Shown: positions 61,241 through 64,000 of the stretch, in pieces
Layout: each line of letters opens with the position of its first letter
Numbering within the stretch: position 1 is the first letter of the stretch
NCBI GenBank assembly: GCA_963803145.1
Contig: CAWDLW010000025.1
Span: 32,001-96,000 of the forward strand
Length of the DNA stretch: 64,000 nucleotides
Source of the DNA: Methanotrichaceae archaeon
GTDB taxonomy: Archaea; Halobacteriota; Methanosarcinia; Methanotrichales; Methanotrichaceae
Direction of reading: 5' to 3'
Translations under genes and position numbers: made by a program
Notes under the pieces: model-generated
Told to the model about the DNA's origin: nothing
Seen by the model: only the letters and a program-made list of their open reading frames with translations
Databases searched by the model: none

Positions 61241-63157
61241 ATGGCTCCCTACCATCTATTCCTAATATTCCTCGCGATTTATATAGCGATGCTTGTAGCC
61301 ATAGGGCTGCTATCATCCAAACGCCAGAGATCTGTGACGGATTTCTGGCTGGCTGGTAGAGAATTGGGAGCTATCACCATAGGCTTCTCTGCTGCAGCAT
61401 CATGGATAACTGCAAGCGCGCTGCTGCTGGCCACAGGTCTCTTTCTATTGATGGGCATGAGTTCTATTTGGATCTGGGTATTTCCGAATATTGCGGCGTT
61501 AGTAGTGATCGCTGCGATCTCGGGAAGAATCAAGAACATACCTGCTCTGACTCAACCCGAACTCATGGAGATAAGGTACGACCCCATGGTTCGCGCGCCT
61601 GTAGCGCTTGCCATAGCGATCATGATGATTCTCTTCTCAGTCGTGGACTTTATAGGCTTCAAGCTGGTACTCGGAACCTTCTTCGGTGTAGAGCCTGTTT
61701 ACGCAATATTAATAATGGCAGCCTCGGTCGCATTCTATGTCAGTATTGGAGGCTTTCGCGCAGTCGTTTGGACAGATCTGCTGCAATACGTGCTTCTAGC
61801 AGGTCTGGCTATATTCGTTGGATACATGGCTATCGCGATTCCCATCCAACATGGAATCTCGTTTACAGCTACGGCCATCGCGCAAGGTTCTGATTGGTGG
61901 GACCCATTCGTTATCGGTGGTATCCTGGGGGCGCTGATATTTCAGCTCGCGCTCATGCCCGGCTGGATTGCAGAGCAGGACCCTTGGCAAAAGATATGGG
62001 CTGCCAGAGATGATAAAACCGCTAAGCTCGGCATTCTTTTCGGGGCAGTGCTTCTAGCGCTGGTCTACTTCTGCTGCTTCCTTACGGCCATTGGCCTAAG
62101 AGCGCTCTATCCCATGCCAAAGGGCGAGGTCGAAGCAGATATGCTGTATCTTAAGTTCATCAGCGATAATACCTCTCCTGTTATCATTGCGCTTTTGACT
62201 ATAGGCTTCGCGGCGGCATCTATGTCCTGCACTGATACATTCGCGACATCAGGGGCATCATGTATCTCCCGCGATATTATACAGAGGCATCTGTGGCCAG
62301 CGGCGACGATGCGAAAGATGATGGTTGTGAATAGGGTATTGGTAGTAATAATGATAGCAATCTCAGCATTCATAGCCCTGAATGTAGACAGCATTATGGA
62401 TGCCGTCATCATTGCTACTGTCATAGGCACGACATCTTACTTTTTCCCAATAATAGGTGGGCTTTACTGGAGGCGTGCAACTAAGTGGGGCGCGCTCGTG
62501 GCAATCATCATCGGTGGGGTGACACAGATTGCCATTATTATGTATGAGCTGTTCTGGATAAAGCAGCCTTTAAGCACAGCCTACCCTCAGTTCTCAGATC
62601 TCCTCACTGAACACGGCGTTCTGGTCGGCCTATCGCTAAGTGCACTGTTTTTCGTAGGAGTATCGCTTATAACGCCTGCTACAGAGAGGATACGTCTCGC
62701 ACCATTCTTCCCTGAAATAGCGGAGGATATATTCGGAGGCAGGAACCTAGCAGTGAACAGAAGCAGCGCGCGATATAAGGAGATACTTGAATCAATAGCA
62801 GAGAAAATCATAGGAGATAGGGCACACCTTCGCCTTTATGTCAATCTTAAGCCCGTTCAAGCTGATGGGGCGAAAATATTGGGCGAGCTGAGATGGGATG
62901 AGTTTGTTGAAAAGCTCAAGGCCATGCACGCAAGCTGGTATACGCCAACCGGAAGCCATATTGCATATAGGCTCTCGCAGGCGGATATGCTGGCATGCGT
63001 TAAGATGGTGCATGGCGATCTACGTCAGATCTGGCTCTCGGCTGAGCCGCGCCTGAGCCAAATAGAACGCCAGAAGAACGAGCTTTACCTCGCTTACGAG
63101 GAGATTGAGGATGTGTTGCTTGAGTTCGGGCTCTCCGCATCCCTCTCGAAGGCATGA
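61241..63157 (+). CDS. Sodium:solute symporter (SSS) family protein
   Basis: F.LAGR, GG.RAVVWTD.LQ, Q..WAA motifs; about 13 TM helices; hydrophilic C-terminal tail. Confidence 0.9.
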   Translation: MAPYHLFLIFLAIYIAMLVAIGLLSSKRQRSVTDFWLAGRELGAITIGFSAAASWITASALLLATGLFLLMGMSSIWIWVFPNIAALVVIAAISGRIKNIPALTQPELMEIRYDPMVRAPVALAIAIMMILFSVVDFIGFKLVLGTFFGVEPVYAILIMAASVAFYVSIGGFRAVVWTDLLQYVLLAGLAIFVGYMAIAIPIQHGISFTATAIAQGSDWWDPFVIGGILGALIFQLALMPGWIAEQDPWQKIWAARDDKTAKLGILFGAVLLALVYFCCFLTAIGLRALYPMPKGEVEADMLYLKFISDNTSPVIIALLTIGFAAASMSCTDTFATSGASCISRDIIQRHLWPAATMRKMMVVNRVLVVIMIAISAFIALNVDSIMDAVIIATVIGTTSYFFPIIGGLYWRRATKWGALVAIIIGGVTQIAIIMYELFWIKQPLSTAYPQFSDLLTEHGVLVGLSLSALFFVGVSLITPATERIRLAPFFPEIAEDIFGGRNLAVNRSSARYKEILESIAEKIIGDRAHLRLYVNLKPVQADGAKILGELRWDEFVEKLKAMHASWYTPTGSHIAYRLSQADMLACVKMVHGDLRQIWLSAEPRLSQIERQKNELYLAYEEIEDVLLEFGLSASLSKA

Positions 63158-64000
63158 TCCAGGTAGTTGTGATAGGTGCCGGGCCTGCTGGATCAACTGC
63201 TGCAGAGATCGCTGCAGTTAGCGGCGTGGAAGTGGCGTTGATAGATCGCAAGAATGAAATAGGATCGCCTGTCGAGTGTGGCGGCTTTCTACCCGCTGTC
63301 CATGAGCTAAGGGATCTTATGCCTGGAGCAGTTCTGCCGGATACTCTTGTGAACATCCCCGAGCGCTGTATATTTCACAGGACAAAGCTGCAAAGGTTAT
63401 ACGCGCCCTCTGGAAAATCCAAAGAGTTTGCTGTTGATGGTCGCGTTGTAGACCGCAGAGCCTTCGACAGATATCTCGCATACAGGGCGGCGCGCGCAGG
63501 CGCGACAGTCATGCCGGGAACGCGTGCAGAGCTAAATTCAGGAGAGGTTCGTCTCTCAGGCCATTTCTCTGATAAGATCAAACCTACTGTTGTGGTAGGA
63601 GCAGATGGTCCCGGCTCCGGTGTCGGCAGATCGATTGGGAGGCAGACAGGTGAAATGGGCGTCTGCCTAGAGTATGAGATGGCGGACGTCGATATCGATG
63701 CTGACGCGGTGGAAATGTATTTCGGCACACGCTATGCGCCCGGAGGCTATGCCTGGATAATACCCCAAGGGCAGGATGTCGCGAACGTAGGGATAGGGGT
63801 AAGGGTCTCATTTTTAGGCAAGCAGAAGCTTCCTCAGGTTCTTGGAAGATTCATAAAAGAACACCCTGTCGCAGGCAGAATTCTTGGGCATGGAGAAGTT
63901 CTTGCAGTCATGCGTGGTATAGTGCCTTCAGATGGAATGCGAGGGGATATCCAAAAGGATAATGTGCTTCTGGCAGGCGATGCCGCAGGGCATGTTATGG
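63154..64000 (+). CDS. Geranylgeranyl reductase family protein (runs off the window end)
   Basis: ATG overlaps the SSS stop (ATGA); translated by hand: VVVIGAGPAGS, PVECGG, DRR.FD, APGGYAWIIP, LAGDAAG. Confidence 0.88.
   Translation, partial: MIQVVVIGAGPAGSTAAEIAAVSGVEVALIDRKNEIGSPVECGGFLPAVHELRDLMPGAVLPDTLVNIPERCIFHRTKLQRLYAPSGKSKEFAVDGRVVDRRAFDRYLAYRAARAGATVMPGTRAELNSGEVRLSGHFSDKIKPTVVVGADGPGSGVGRSIGRQTGEMGVCLEYEMADVDIDADAVEMYFGTRYAPGGYAWIIPQGQDVANVGIGVRVSFLGKQKLPQVLGRFIKEHPVAGRILGHGEVLAVMRGIVPSDGMRGDIQKDNVLLAGDAAGHVM

Overview
Archaeal chromosome segment, most consistent with a Methanosarcinales-type methanogen of the Methanothrix (Methanotrichaceae) kind. This is inferred from the DUF1608-type S-layer protein with a PGF-type tail, Fae-Hps, the F420-dependent NADP reductase, CetZ, archaeal Trm1/CCA/Tsr3 and TATA/BRE promoters. 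Most of the window is housekeeping: nadX-nadC, two amt-glnK operons, valS, ribBA, ilvD, cca and others. Four mobile elements have readable ends and target duplications: a 293-bp MITE and one IS5-, one IS630- and one IS701-like element. The two strongest candidates for new biology are (1) a gene for a signal peptide followed by a near-canonical eukaryote-like ubiquitin (56/71 identical by hand alignment, no C-terminal Gly-Gly) fused to a Cys-containing domain of unknown function, with an IS630 inserted in its promoter, and (2) a three-gene locus encoding a caspase-like CHAT-STAND ATPase-TPR protein, a 70-aa zinc-finger protein and a 3-TM membrane protein, resembling an NLR/caspase-type immune module. 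Also notable: an exported operon (beta-helix protein, two Cys-less rhodaneses with CxxC motifs, a subtilase) sharing an Ig-like module and lying divergent from a Trx-CcdA gene; two genes that apparently need CTG/ATA starts; two candidate sRNAs; and a 26-copy 11-bp tandem repeat. All calls come from reading motifs by eye; no database searches were run.
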